Positions 39,855 to 51,900 of a DNA stretch of 64,000 bases are shown piece by piece. The stretch is taken from the NCBI GenBank assembly GCA_963762145.1, contig CAVXJS010000019.1, forward strand, positions 96,001-160,000, written 5' to 3'. The notes under the pieces were generated by a model. It had not been told where the DNA came from, made no database searches, and saw nothing but the letters and a program-made list of their open reading frames with translations. The position numbers and the translations under genes were made by a program. The DNA is from an uncultured Candidatus Rokubacteria bacterium. GTDB lineage: Bacteria; Methylomirabilota; Methylomirabilia; Rokubacteriales; CSP1-6. How positions within the stretch are numbered: position 1 is the stretch's first letter; the number at the start of each line of letters is the position of its first letter.

Positions 39855-39912
39855 CATAGGAAGGATGCAGCCAACGTTGACGGCATCCCATCGCATTCCG
39901 GAGGAGGCCCAC

Positions 39913-40338
39913 ATGCATGCACGGCCCGGATCTGGAACAGATGGTTCAACCGCTACACGCCATGTCCACTCAGACGCGGCACTTCGAGCTGGAGAGAGAT
40001 ACGGCACTCAGCGGGCCCCACGGCGATACCCGAGATTCAGCGTGTCGTGGCCCGTGGTGGTGGAGGCCGGGAAGCGTTTCTTTCTCCTGCAAACCGTCAA
40101 TGTGAGTGGCCGCGGGGCCAGGGTGAGGCCGACGGAGCGGCTCGGTGAGGGTAGCGTCGCCAAGCTGCACTTCCACCCGCCCAACGGGGCGTCGCTCGAT
40201 GTCGAAGCGATCGTCTGGCGTGTCGACCGAGACGGCTTGGCGTTCTTCTTCACCGACGACTACCAGCGACGCCTGGGCACCCTGCTCGCGCAGGTCGCCG
40301 GGGCTCCCCCGGAATTGTGGACGTCCACGCTGACCTAG
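39913..40338 (+). CDS. Standalone PilZ-domain protein
   Basis: RRYPR and NVSGRG c-di-GMP-binding motifs; GGAGGAGG RBS. Confidence 0.8.
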   Translation: MHARPGSGTDGSTATRHVHSDAALRAGERYGTQRAPRRYPRFSVSWPVVVEAGKRFFLLQTVNVSGRGARVRPTERLGEGSVAKLHFHPPNGASLDVEAIVWRVDRDGLAFFFTDDYQRRLGTLLAQVAGAPPELWTSTLT

Positions 40339-41279
40339 ACCGGCCCGCGAGGTCGAGGTGGAGGTAGAGTCCCGGCGCGCTGTGTCTTGGGGCTGCCGTC
40401 GCTCGCGGTGCTGCCGATGGCCACGCCGCCCAGCACCAGCACGATCGCGATGATGAGCGAGAGCGTGAGTGGCTCGCCCAGCCAGAGCGTCGCGGTGATC
40501 ACGCTGACAACCGGAGTGGCGAGGAGTCCAAGCGACGTCGTGACGGCGGGGAGATGGCGGCTGGCGGTCGCGGTTGCCCAGTACGCAACCGCGGTGCCCA
40601 CGATGCCCAGGTAGAGGAGGAGTACGACGAAGCTGGGACTCCATTCCCCCGGGGCTGGCGGCGTGGTCGAGAGCGCGATCGGGACCAGGAGCAGGGTCGC
40701 GAGCAGCGTCTCCCACGGGATGAGGGCGAAGGGTGTCGAGACCCAGCGATGAGCCCGGATGTGGAGGATGCTGATGGCCCAGAGCAGCGCGCCGGCCAGG
40801 ATGGCCAGATTGCCCAGGACCACCGCGCGGTCGGTCCAGTCGAGGGCGAGCGGATTGAAGAGCGTGACGAGCCCGGCCAGGCCGACGAGCACCCCGATCA
40901 GGCGCCTGGTCGTGAGCGGCTCGCGCAGGAGGAGCGCCGCGCCCGGCGTGACCCAGAGCGGCGTGGTGTAGGCGAGCACCACGGTGCGGCCGGTCGGCAC
41001 CAGGCCCAGCCCCCAGCTCGCGAGGAGGTTGAAGCCGACCATGTGCAGGAGCGTGATGCTCAGCAGCACCGGGAGATCTTGACGCGGGGGTAACGTCACC
41101 CGGCCACGCCACGCGGCGATCGCGAAGAGCGCGAGGGTGGCGATGGCCGAGCGCAGCGTCACCGCCCAGAGCGGCGAGAGCGTGGTGAGCACCACCTTGT
41201 TGACGGGCCACGTGAGGCCCCAGGCCGCGATCACGATGACCAGCGCCAGGAGGCCCTGGCGCCGCGGGGTCGAAGGCAC
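40335..41279 (-). CDS. DMT/EamA-family transporter
   Basis: AWGLTW, YTTPLW and LGEPLT motifs; about ten TM segments. Confidence 0.88.
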   Translation of the reverse strand: MPSTPRRQGLLALVIVIAAWGLTWPVNKVVLTTLSPLWAVTLRSAIATLALFAIAAWRGRVTLPPRQDLPVLLSITLLHMVGFNLLASWGLGLVPTGRTVVLAYTTPLWVTPGAALLLREPLTTRRLIGVLVGLAGLVTLFNPLALDWTDRAVVLGNLAILAGALLWAISILHIRAHRWVSTPFALIPWETLLATLLLVPIALSTTPPAPGEWSPSFVVLLLYLGIVGTAVAYWATATASRHLPAVTTSLGLLATPVVSVITATLWLGEPLTLSLIIAIVLVLGGVAIGSTASDGSPKTQRAGTLPPPRPRGPV

Positions 41280-41395
41280 GGCGGATCAGCCGCGACGCTG
41301 GCGATGAGCGAGGGCGCGAGGCATCGAGCGCGATACTGCCGCGAGCGGCGGCGCGACGTCAAGGCGGGCCCCGGCCCGAGCGTTCAGCGGATCGC

Positions 41396-42509
41396 TTACC
41401 CCTCGGTCGCGCTCACCCTCACGGACCGGCCCGTGGCGGAGGACCGCTCGATCGCGTCGATCAGCTTGTGGCGCTGGACGGCGAGGTCGAAGTCGACGTC
41501 GAAGGATCGACCGGCGCGCCAGGGCGTCGGCCATGCGCGCGTAGGCCTGGGCGACGTTGTAGGGCTGGCCGCCCGGCGTGCCCTCCGGAGCGAGCCGGTA
41601 CTTGGCCGGCACCGGCATCGGAGCCATGGGCTCCTTGCCCTTGCCCGCGTGCACCTGGTTCGGTCCGATGCTGAGCGAGCCATCGGCCCGGATGACCAGG
41701 GCGCCCTCGCGCCCGTAGATCTCCATCCGGTTGCCGCTGGGATTCGAGGGAACGGCGGCCACGTTGACCGTGACCTCGGCGCCGCTCACCATGCGGCCGA
41801 CCACGTTGATGCTGTCCGGCGCGTCGACCGGGACCGGCTTGCCCTCCAGCGTGTGCCACTCCGGGATCCGGGTCGACACGCGGGCCGAGACCTCGGCAAA
41901 CTCGCCGAGCACGGCGCACAGGGCGTCGATGGCGTGGCCGCCCGCGATGGTCAGCGTGTTGGCGCCGTTGGCGCGTGCGCCCTGCCAGATACGGCCGGGG
42001 CCGCGCTGGAGCTGGGCCTGGGCAGCGGTGGTCAGGCTCGCGGTGAGCACCTCGCCGATGGTGCCTGCCTTGACGAGGTCGGCCGCGTACAGGATCGTCG
42101 GGTCGCTGCGCGCCTGCAGACCAACGACGGTCCTCACGGCGCGCTGGCGGGCGAGCCCGGCCATTTCTTCGGCCTCGGCCAGATTCGCGCCGAGCGGCCA
42201 CTCGCAGAACACGGCCTTGCCGGCCTGCAGGCCGGCCATGACGAGGTCCCGGTGCCCGGGCACCCGGACGCAGACGACGAGGAGGTCGACGTCCGGGGCC
42301 GTCGCCATGTCGCCGAACCGGTGGAACGCCCGCTCGGCGCCGAACGCCGCGGCCGAGGCCTTGGCCGTGTCCTCGTGCGAGGTGCAGACCGCCTTCAGCT
42401 CGTAGCGAGGCAGAGCCTTCAGCGCGGGGACGTGGGCGTTGGCTCCCCAGCCGCTGCCCCCCTGCGTCACGGTCGCTCCCACGATTCCCACGCGTATCTG
42501 GTCCGTCAT
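41396..42509 (-). CDS. Gfo/Idh/MocA oxidoreductase (frameshift near 41520)
   Basis: VGIVGA, VFCEWPL, VGLQAR and GHAID motifs. Confidence 0.88.
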
Positions 42510-42525
42510 CGGAACCTCCAAGGTG

Positions 42526-43135
42526 TCATGTCTCGGCGGGAGCTGCCGGCTCGCCGAGCGACAGCATCAGCCGATTGGCCCAGTTGAAGAACGCCGCGGC
42601 ATGGATCACGTCGGCGATCGCCAGATCGTCGAGCCCCGACGCGGCGCAGGCGCTCCACATGCTCCGGCCCGAACGTGATCGGCGTCGCGGTCAGCGCCAC
42701 CGAGGCCGCGACGATGGCGTTCCAGCGCTCGCCGAGATCGGCGGTCACGCCGTCGTCGAGCAGGCGCTGCACGTCCGCCTCGCGCTTCGAATAGGTCGCG
42801 GCGTGCCGCGCATGCACCGAGGCGCAGTAGATGCAGCCGTTGAAGCGCGAGGTCGCGGCGGCGGCGAGCTCGCGCTCCGCCCGCGGCAGGCCGGCATCGG
42901 GGTTGTAGAAGATGTCCTTGTCGGTCCGCGTCCGGGCCTCGAGCGCGTCCGGATCGCGCGCGAGCAGGCGGAAATACGGCGACTTCACGCGCGCGGCGTC
43001 CACGAGGCTCGCCATGTGGCGCTCGGTCAGCGCCTCGACCATCAGCGGCTCGAGCCAGGGCAGCCAATCGAGCTGCGCCCGGGTGAAGGCAACGGGAACC
43101 GTGTGGTCGGGCGGAACCAGGACCGTATCGGGCAT
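42526..43135 (-). CDS. Alkylhydroperoxidase (AhpD-like) domain protein, Avi_7169-like (frameshift near 42635)
   Basis: FTRAQLDWLPW, GLPRAERELAA, NGCIYCASVH and FFNWANRLMLSLGEP motifs. Confidence 0.85.
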
Positions 43136-43151
43136 GTCGGGACCTCGCGTG

Positions 43152-43762
43152 TCAGGAGCGGCCGGCCAGGATGCGCAATCCGGCGACGACCCGAATCTGG
43201 AAGGACAGGAAGGCGGCGATCTGGGACAGCGTCACGATATCGGTCGTGGACCAGCCGGCGTCCAGCAGCGCCTGCAGCGCCGCCGGCGCGGCGTCGCGCG
43301 GGTGGAAGACGAGCAGGTGCATGTGCTCGAAGGCCGCGGCGAGGCGCGGGCCCAGCACGCGGCGGGTCTGCCGCGCTCACGCGATAGACGGCCCGGCCGT
43401 ATCCTCGCGGCTCAGCGGACCCGGCGGGGTAGCTGCCATAGGGGCCTTGCGCCCTGGCCTCCGCGATGGCGGCGTCAACCGCTTCGCGCAGCGCCGCCGA
43501 GGCGCCGCTGGCGGCGAGGCCCGCGGCGTAGAACGCCGCGATCGCCGCCTCGCCATGCAGGCCGGTGACGAAGGCTGCCCACCGCGAAGCGCTCCTGCGC
43601 GGTGACGTCGCCGGGGATCTCCGGCGCGAACAGCGCGCGGTAGCTCGCCTGCGCGTGGGTGCGCGCCTCCGGCCGACGGGCGCGGATCGCGTCCAGGGCC
43701 GATCCCGGCGCGATCCCGACCAGCGTGTCGATCACGTCAGCGTCCGTGCCCGGCATGGTCAT
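43152..43762 (-). CDS. CMD-domain protein, Avi_7170-like (several frameshifts)
   Basis: DVIDTLVGI...AQASYRALF, SYPAGPLS, HLLVFHPRDA and IVTLSQIAAFLSFQIRVV pieces. Confidence 0.75.
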
Positions 43763-43775
43763 CGTCTCCTTGTGG

Positions 43776-44803
43776 TCACGCGACGCGCCGGATCCCCGCC
43801 GCGTCATCGCGCTCCCAGCCGAGCGCGGGCGCCACCACCTCGGCGACCAGCTCGATCGACCGCAGGATGAAGGGATGCGGCGGATCGATCGAATGCACCT
43901 GCACCGTGAAGTCGGTCGAGCGGGCGAGCGCGCTATCCGCCTGGAGCGAGGCGATCACATCGTCCGGTGTGCCGAGATGGACATTGAAGGCGCCGATCAG
44001 GTCGCCGCACCGATCGCACTCGCCGGTCGCGCGGCCCGATCTGGCCAGGCGCGCGCGCTGACGCTCGAGCCCGGCTTCGGCGAAGCGCAGGGCCTCCGTC
44101 GCGGTCGTCGGCGACGAACACGGTGCGCGAGGCGAGGATGCGCGGCTCGCGGCCCTCGGGCAGCGCCGCCAGATAGGCGTCGATCATCGGGTTCTGGATC
44201 TCGGCCAGCGACAGGTCGGGCGCGTCGGCCGGCCGCGGCTGCGTGCGCGACAGCATCAGACCGTCGCCCGCCGCGCCGGCCCGCCTGGCCCCGTCCACCG
44301 TGAACGTCGCCTGCCAGATGCGCTCGACCAGGTGCGGAGTCGACGGATACAGCCGGTCGCCGCCGGGCAGCGGCCGCCCCGCCCAGGCGTCGCGCAGCAC
44401 CTGGAGGTGCCCGGCGAGCAGCGTCCCGCGCTCGGCGCTGTCCAGGCCGAACGCCTCGAACGCCGAGAGGTTGCCGCCCGGCCCGACGCCCACCTCCAGG
44501 CGGCCGCCGGACATCAGGTCGAGCACCGCGGCGTCCTCGGCCACCCGGATCGGCAGCTCCAGCGGCAGGGTCACGATCGCCGTTCCGAGGCGGATGCGCG
44601 AGGTCTGCGCGGCGACCTGCGCCAGGAAGACGAACGGCCCGGGCAGGCCGCCTTCGTCCTCGTGGAAATGGTGCTGGGCGACCCAGGCCGAGTCGAAGCC
44701 GCAGCGCTCGGCATGGACGATCTGCGCGGTCGCCAGCCGGTAGCGCTCGGCCGGCGTCCGCCTGATCGAGCAGGCGGGTGAAGAAGCCCAGGCGCTTCGG
44801 CAT
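43776..44803 (-). CDS. FMN-dependent luciferase-like monooxygenase, KPN_01858-like (frameshifts)
   Basis: KRLGFFTRLLD, AWVAQHHFH, RVAEDAAVLD, LMLSRTQPRP and QVHSIDPPH motifs. Confidence 0.85.
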
Positions 44804-44880
44804 CGAGGAGACAGTGTCCGAGATCCGCCGGACTACCGCAAGGGTCGCGGTGATAAGATCCCGCCCAGGGAGGCTGTCCA

Positions 44881-45982
44881 ATGGTGACGCTGCTGACGGA
44901 GACGGGTGAGCACGGGGTGACGGGAACGGAGCCCTCGACCGGGGCGCTCTGGGTGTCGGCCAACGACGCGCTCCGGGCGACCGGCTGGGAGGTGAAGCCC
45001 GAGGGGCTCTGCAAGGGCCAGGTCTGCGTGCCGTTGCCCGCGGGGCGGGAACGCGAGCTCGTGGACGGCGGCCGGATCAACCTGGCCGCCCTCTGGCGTC
45101 ATCTCGGCCAGCCCGCGGTGCGGAGCGAGCGCGGCCACGCCTGGGTGCTCGGCGAGAGCGCGAAGGAGCGGAAGGCCGCGCTGCCCTCGCTCGAGGCGCC
45201 CGACTTCGCGCTGCCCGACCCATCCGGCCGCATGCACCGGCTGTCCGACTACCGCGGCAAGAAGGTCTTCCTCGTCACCTGGGCCTCCTGGTGAGGGTGC
45301 CGTCGCGACCTGCCCGGGTGGCAGGCGCTCCAGGAGGAGCTCGCGGGGCATGACTTCGTGGTGATCGCGGTGGCGATGGATAGCCGCGAGGGCGATCCGC
45401 TGCCGTGGATCGACGCGGCGAAGCCGACCTATCCCACGCTGATCGATCGCGAGCATCGGCTGGCCGAGCTCTACGGCATCGTGAACGTGCCGCAGGCGGT
45501 GTGGATCGACGAGGCCGGGCAGCATCGTGCGGCCCGCCGAGTCGGCCGGAGCCTACGAGGGCTTCCGTCAGATGAATCGCGCCACCCGCGAGTTGCCGGA
45601 GGAGGTGGCCCAGCGCACCGCGCGGGCGAAGGCGCTGTACCTGGACGCGATCCGCGACTGGGCGCGCAACGGCGGGCGGAGCGCGTACGCGTTCACCCCC
45701 GAGCAGGCGCGCGCGCACCTGCCCGCGGTCACCGAGGACGCGGCGACCGCGCAGGCCCTGTTCCGGCTCGCCCAGTTCCTGATCCGGCACGGGGAGCAGG
45801 CGGAGGCGGAGCGCTGGATCCGCGAGGCCAGCCGCCTCCACCCGGACTCCTGGTGCATCTGGCGGCAGGGCGCCGGCGTGACCGAGCTGGGCCTCGCCGC
45901 CCAGCCGGACTTCTGGGCCCGGGTGGACGGGCTCGGCGCGAAGCGCTACTACGCGCCGGTGGACATGCCGGGCATGCCCTAG
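44881..45982 (+). CDS. TlpA/ResA-like thioredoxin-fold selenoprotein (WASW-U-GC); +1 frameshift near 45521
   Basis: APDFALPD...LSDYRGKKVFLVTWASW-TGA(45292-45294)-GCRRDLPGWQAL...YGIVNVPQAVWIDEAG stays in frame across the TGA. Confidence 0.85.
45305..45328 (+). promoter_or_regulatory. Putative bacterial SECIS element
   Basis: GCG-A-CCTGCC-[CGGGT]-GGCAGG-CGC hairpin starting 10 nt after the TGA, loop 20 nt after it. Confidence 0.7.
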
Positions 45983-45994
45983 CCGGCCGTCTCC

Positions 45995-47050
45995 GTGGAG
46001 AGCCCCCGCTTCGGCCTCAACCGCTTCGACTCGCGCTCGGTGGACGCATTTGCGGCCGACGTGTGCCGCGCCGAGCAGCTCGGCTGGGACGCGGCGCTCC
46101 AGCCCGACTCCCAGCTCCGGCGCCGCGACACGTACGTGCTCCTGGCCGCGGCGGCCCGCGCGACCGAGCGCATCACGCTGGGTCCGCTCCTGGCCAATCC
46201 GGTGAACCGGCATCCCACCGTGACCGCGTCCTCCATCGCGACGGTCGACGAGCTGGCGCCCGGCCGCGTGCTCCTGGGCTGGGGGGTGGGGGACACCGCG
46301 GTGCGCCTGGCCGGACTCAGGCCGGCGCGGGTGGCCGAGCTCGAGGCGGGCACGCGGCTCATGCGCGCGCTGCTCGCGGGCGAGGCGGTGGAGGTCGGCG
46401 CGGCGCGGCCGGCGTGCTTGCCGCATCACCGGCCGGTGCCGGTGTGGATCGCGGCGGGCGGGCCGAAGACCCTGCGGATGGCGGGCGGGGTGGCCGACGG
46501 CGTGTTCATCCGGGTCGGGACCCATCCGGCCAACATCGCGACCGCGGTGAGCGCGATCCGCGCCGGCGCCGCGGCGGCGGGCCGCGACCCGGCGTCGGTG
46601 AAGCTCGGCGCGATCTTCCACACCGTCCTGGTCGACGAGCCGGCCCGCGCCCTGACCATGGCCCGCTCGATGGCGGCAGGGTACTACGAGTACTCGCCCG
46701 CGCTCTTCGACCCGCCCGCGCTCCGGTGGACCGGGCCCGATCCGGAGCGGCTCAAGCACGACCGCGGCGTATGGCCCGACTTCCACCACGCGACTGATCT
46801 CGAGGCCAGCGGCAAGGTCGTGGACTTTCTCCCGACCGAGGCCGCCGACGCCTTCAGCCTCCGCGGGGGAACCGGGGAAGTGGCCGAGCGTCTGCTGGCC
46901 GCCCTGCGCGCCGCGCCCGCCACGTTCGAGCACGTCGTGCTGCACCCGATCCCGGACCCGAAGTGGCCCGCGGATCCGGAGCGGGACTACACGGCCCGCA
47001 TCGCCCGCGAGGTCCTGCCCCGCGTCCGCAAGGAGCTCGAGAAGACCTAG
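45995..47050 (+). CDS. LLM-class flavin/F420-dependent oxidoreductase
   Basis: NPVNRHPTVTASSIAT, GRVLLGWGVGD and AGGPKTL...ADG motifs. Confidence 0.85.
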   Translation: MESPRFGLNRFDSRSVDAFAADVCRAEQLGWDAALQPDSQLRRRDTYVLLAAAARATERITLGPLLANPVNRHPTVTASSIATVDELAPGRVLLGWGVGDTAVRLAGLRPARVAELEAGTRLMRALLAGEAVEVGAARPACLPHHRPVPVWIAAGGPKTLRMAGGVADGVFIRVGTHPANIATAVSAIRAGAAAAGRDPASVKLGAIFHTVLVDEPARALTMARSMAAGYYEYSPALFDPPALRWTGPDPERLKHDRGVWPDFHHATDLEASGKVVDFLPTEAADAFSLRGGTGEVAERLLAALRAAPATFEHVVLHPIPDPKWPADPERDYTARIAREVLPRVRKELEKT

Positions 47051-47907
47051 CCGAGCTGCTTGTGGACGAACTCGATGATGCGCGAGATCGTCCGCTCCGC
47101 CGCCGCGGGCTTCTTGCCGATGTAGCCCTCGGCCTCGCCTTCGATCAGCTCGAGATCCACCTGGCCGCCGATCTTCCGGTACCCGGCCACGAAGCGGTCC
47201 AGGTCGGGACGCGGGTGCGCCATGTCGCGCGAGCCCTGGATGTAGACCACCGGGGGCGTCTCGACGGCCTCGCCGCGCTCCAGCGCGAGCGTGGGGTTGC
47301 CCTCGGCCATGGCCTCCTCCGTGCGCCAGTACGCGTCGTGGCCCGGGAGCACCCGATCCACCACGTCCGGATACGGAGCGCCCCCCGCCTTCAGCGCCTT
47401 GGCGTAGCGGTAGCGCGCGAGCGGATCGATGACCGGCCAGCAGAGCACCGCGCACTTGACGCTGCCGTCCACGGGCGGGGAGCCGGCGGGCAGGGGCAGG
47501 GCGGCGTACTTCGGATCGCGCGGCTTCATGGCCAGCAGCATCGCCTGGTGCGAGCCGCTCGAGGCCCCCATGAGCCCGACCTGGTCCGCGCGCCCACGGA
47601 ACTCCGCCGCGTGGCTCTTGAGCCAGCGGACGCCGTAGCTGATGTCCTGCAGCGACCCCGGATACGAGGCCTCGGGGGGCTGGCGGAAGTCGAGCGCGGC
47701 CACGACCACGCCACTCCGGGCCAGCGGCTCGTTCATGATGGTGTCGTTCGTCCGGTCGCCGCGGCTCCAGGCCCCGCCGTGCAGCTCGACGATCATCGGG
47801 AAGGGGCCGTCGCCCCGGGGCACGAACATCCGGGCCAGGAGGGGGTGGTCTCCGTGACGGAGGTACTCCACGTCTCGGACGTCGATCTCGTGGCCCATGG
47901 TCGCCAT
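47047..47907 (-). CDS. Alpha/beta hydrolase
   Basis: LHGGAW, LDFR and GASSGSH motifs. Confidence 0.82.
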   Translation of the reverse strand: MATMGHEIDVRDVEYLRHGDHPLLARMFVPRGDGPFPMIVELHGGAWSRGDRTNDTIMNEPLARSGVVVAALDFRQPPEASYPGSLQDISYGVRWLKSHAAEFRGRADQVGLMGASSGSHQAMLLAMKPRDPKYAALPLPAGSPPVDGSVKCAVLCWPVIDPLARYRYAKALKAGGAPYPDVVDRVLPGHDAYWRTEEAMAEGNPTLALERGEAVETPPVVYIQGSRDMAHPRPDLDRFVAGYRKIGGQVDLELIEGEAEGYIGKKPAAAERTISRIIEFVHKQLG

Positions 47908-48022
47908 GGCGGCACTCCTTTGTGAGAGAGGGTCGGGGGTCGGTGTCGGCGCGTATGATACACCCGGCCGAGGCGGTGTGCGGGGTTGCCAGCCGGGCCC
48001 GCTTCGCTCCATACTTTTCGCG

Positions 48023-49885
<1,863 letters not shown>

Positions 49886-49893
49886 TCCCGCGG

Positions 49894-51756
49894 CTACGTC
49901 GAGGCGGCGCGGCGCTCTCCGATCGGGGTGTCCGCGCTCGGCGCCATCGTGATCTGCGCGGGGTGCTGATCCGGTGAGGGCATCGCGAGCCCCAGGACCG
50001 TCTGCAGGTGCTGGAGCGTCTCGACCAGCGTGACCCCCAGCTGGTTCGCGCCAGCCGCCTCGAGCTGGCGGCGGGCAGGTCCCGCGGGCTCGCGCAGTCC
50101 CCAGCGCCCCACCACGATGCGGAGCTCGGGGCAGCACGCGCGAAGCCGCTTGCAGAGGTAACGCGTGTGCGTGGCGAGGCCGCTCGCGGGTAGCGCACCG
50201 AGGCACACGACCGCGGGCTGGGCCTTCTGGACCAGGGCCACGACCTCCGAGGCCAGGAGGTGGGGCGAGGTGACCTCGAAGGTCCCGCGCGTGGGATCCA
50301 CGAGGTGACCCAGCATCACCAGGCCCAGCTCGTCCGCCTCGTCGAGCACCGGGATGGCGAGGACGTGGGGTTTCCGGGAGTGCTCCTCCGGCGGCCGCTC
50401 GGCCGCGTCCGGGCCCTTGGCGGCGCGGGCCGCTTCACGCGTGGCGTGGAGCTCCTCGACGATCCGGCGCGTCGCCCGCCAGATGGAGCGCTGGGTCGAC
50501 TCGGGCAGGAGGCTCCGTCGGCAGTCGCGCCGGGCGTGCATGAGGGCGGGCAGGATCACGGTGTCGTAGACCGCCTCGATCGGGTGATCCTTCGCGTACT
50601 CGGCGACGATGCGCGCCGCCTCCACCTCGTCCTCCGCGAGCAAGCGCTGGTAGTAGGCGGCGGCCGGAGCGATGGGCGAGACGTCGGCCATCAGGATCCC
50701 GATGAACTCCATGCCGGGGACGTGCTTGGCGAGGACGACCAGGCACACCGTGAGGGGCGTGGCCAGCAGCAGCCCGATCGGCCCCCAGAGCCAGGCCCAG
50801 AACGCGACGGAGCAGATGAGCGCCACCTGGGAGACGCCCGCGCTCTGCCCGTACAGCAGCGGCTCCAGCGCGAAGCTGCACAGGGCTTCCAGAAAGACGA
50901 AGAGCCCGGCCACCAGCAGCGGCTGCTGCCAGGTCGGGAACTCGGCGAGGGCGAAGACGATCGGGATCAGCGCGCCGATCCAGACCCCGACATAGGGGAT
51001 GAAGCGGAGCACCGCGGCGAGGAAGCCCCAGAGCGGCGCATAGGACACGCCGAGCACGAGGAGGCCCAGCGTGACCCCGAGACCGAAGCTGGCATTGATG
51101 AGGGTCTGCATCACGAGGTAACGGCTGATTCGCTGCGAGGCCTCGTCGATGGCCCGGGTCGTGGTGATGAGGCGCCCGTAGCCGCCGAGCCGGATGAGCC
51201 GGTTGCGCAGGTCCTCCCGCTCGATGAGCATGAAGATGACGAGCACGATCACCGTCGCGGCGCCGCCCAGGCCTTCGATCAGGGTGGGCAGCTGCCAGAG
51301 ACCGGTCGGCCGGGACTGCACGACGACCGGAGCGGCCGGCGCGCGCGATCCGGCCGGGGTCGTCTCCTTCTGCAGCTCCTTGGCGACCTGGCTCGCCGCG
51401 GTCTGGGCCTTCTCGATCGCGCCGCCGCGCCCCAGCTTGCGGACGTGCGCGATCTTGGCGATGAGGTTGTCGCGGTACGCCGGGATGTGGACGGAGAGCA
51501 CTGCGATCTCCCGGGTGAGCATCCACGCGACCCCGCCGAGCGTCGCGAAGAGCATGGTCACGACCACCCCGACCGAGAGGGCGCGGCCGAGACCCAGCCG
51601 CGTGAGCCAGCCCACCATCGGGTGCACCATGAACGTGAGCAGCATCGCGAGCGCGATCGGGATCAGGAGGCCGCGGGCAAGGTAGAGCGCGGCGACGATC
51701 GCGATCACCCCAACGACGACCAAGAACGGCTTCACCGAGTCGGAGACGTTGGGCAC
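49894..51756 (-). CDS. AI-2E-family transporter with C-terminal extension
   Basis: EREDLRNRLIRL, LRFIPYVG, WGPIGLLLATPLT and YYQRLLA motifs; start uncertain. Confidence 0.85.
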   Translation of the reverse strand: MPNVSDSVKPFLVVVGVIAIVAALYLARGLLIPIALAMLLTFMVHPMVGWLTRLGLGRALSVGVVVTMLFATLGGVAWMLTREIAVLSVHIPAYRDNLIAKIAHVRKLGRGGAIEKAQTAASQVAKELQKETTPAGSRAPAAPVVVQSRPTGLWQLPTLIEGLGGAATVIVLVIFMLIEREDLRNRLIRLGGYGRLITTTRAIDEASQRISRYLVMQTLINASFGLGVTLGLLVLGVSYAPLWGFLAAVLRFIPYVGVWIGALIPIVFALAEFPTWQQPLLVAGLFVFLEALCSFALEPLLYGQSAGVSQVALICSVAFWAWLWGPIGLLLATPLTVCLVVLAKHVPGMEFIGILMADVSPIAPAAAYYQRLLAEDEVEAARIVAEYAKDHPIEAVYDTVILPALMHARRDCRRSLLPESTQRSIWRATRRIVEELHATREAARAAKGPDAAERPPEEHSRKPHVLAIPVLDEADELGLVMLGHLVDPTRGTFEVTSPHLLASEVVALVQKAQPAVVCLGALPASGLATHTRYLCKRLRACCPELRIVVGRWGLREPAGPARRQLEAAGANQLGVTLVETLQHLQTVLGLAMPSPDQHPAQITMAPSADTPIGERRAAST

Positions 51757-51900
51757 AACGGAAGGAACAGCAAGCGATGTGCCACGCCTCGCCGTAGCAA
51801 AACAAGCGGAATGGCGACGGTCGCCAGTGCGGCCGGTAGTTTCTTCGCGGTAACTCCGACGCGGGCACAGGGCAGTGACCGCGCCCGCCGCCACGGCTAC

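Noticed and set aside
45292-45294. TGA as a true stop giving a 137-aa protein plus a separate downstream gene
   Set aside because: It would cut the thioredoxin fold at its active site, while the frame continues and a SECIS-like hairpin follows.
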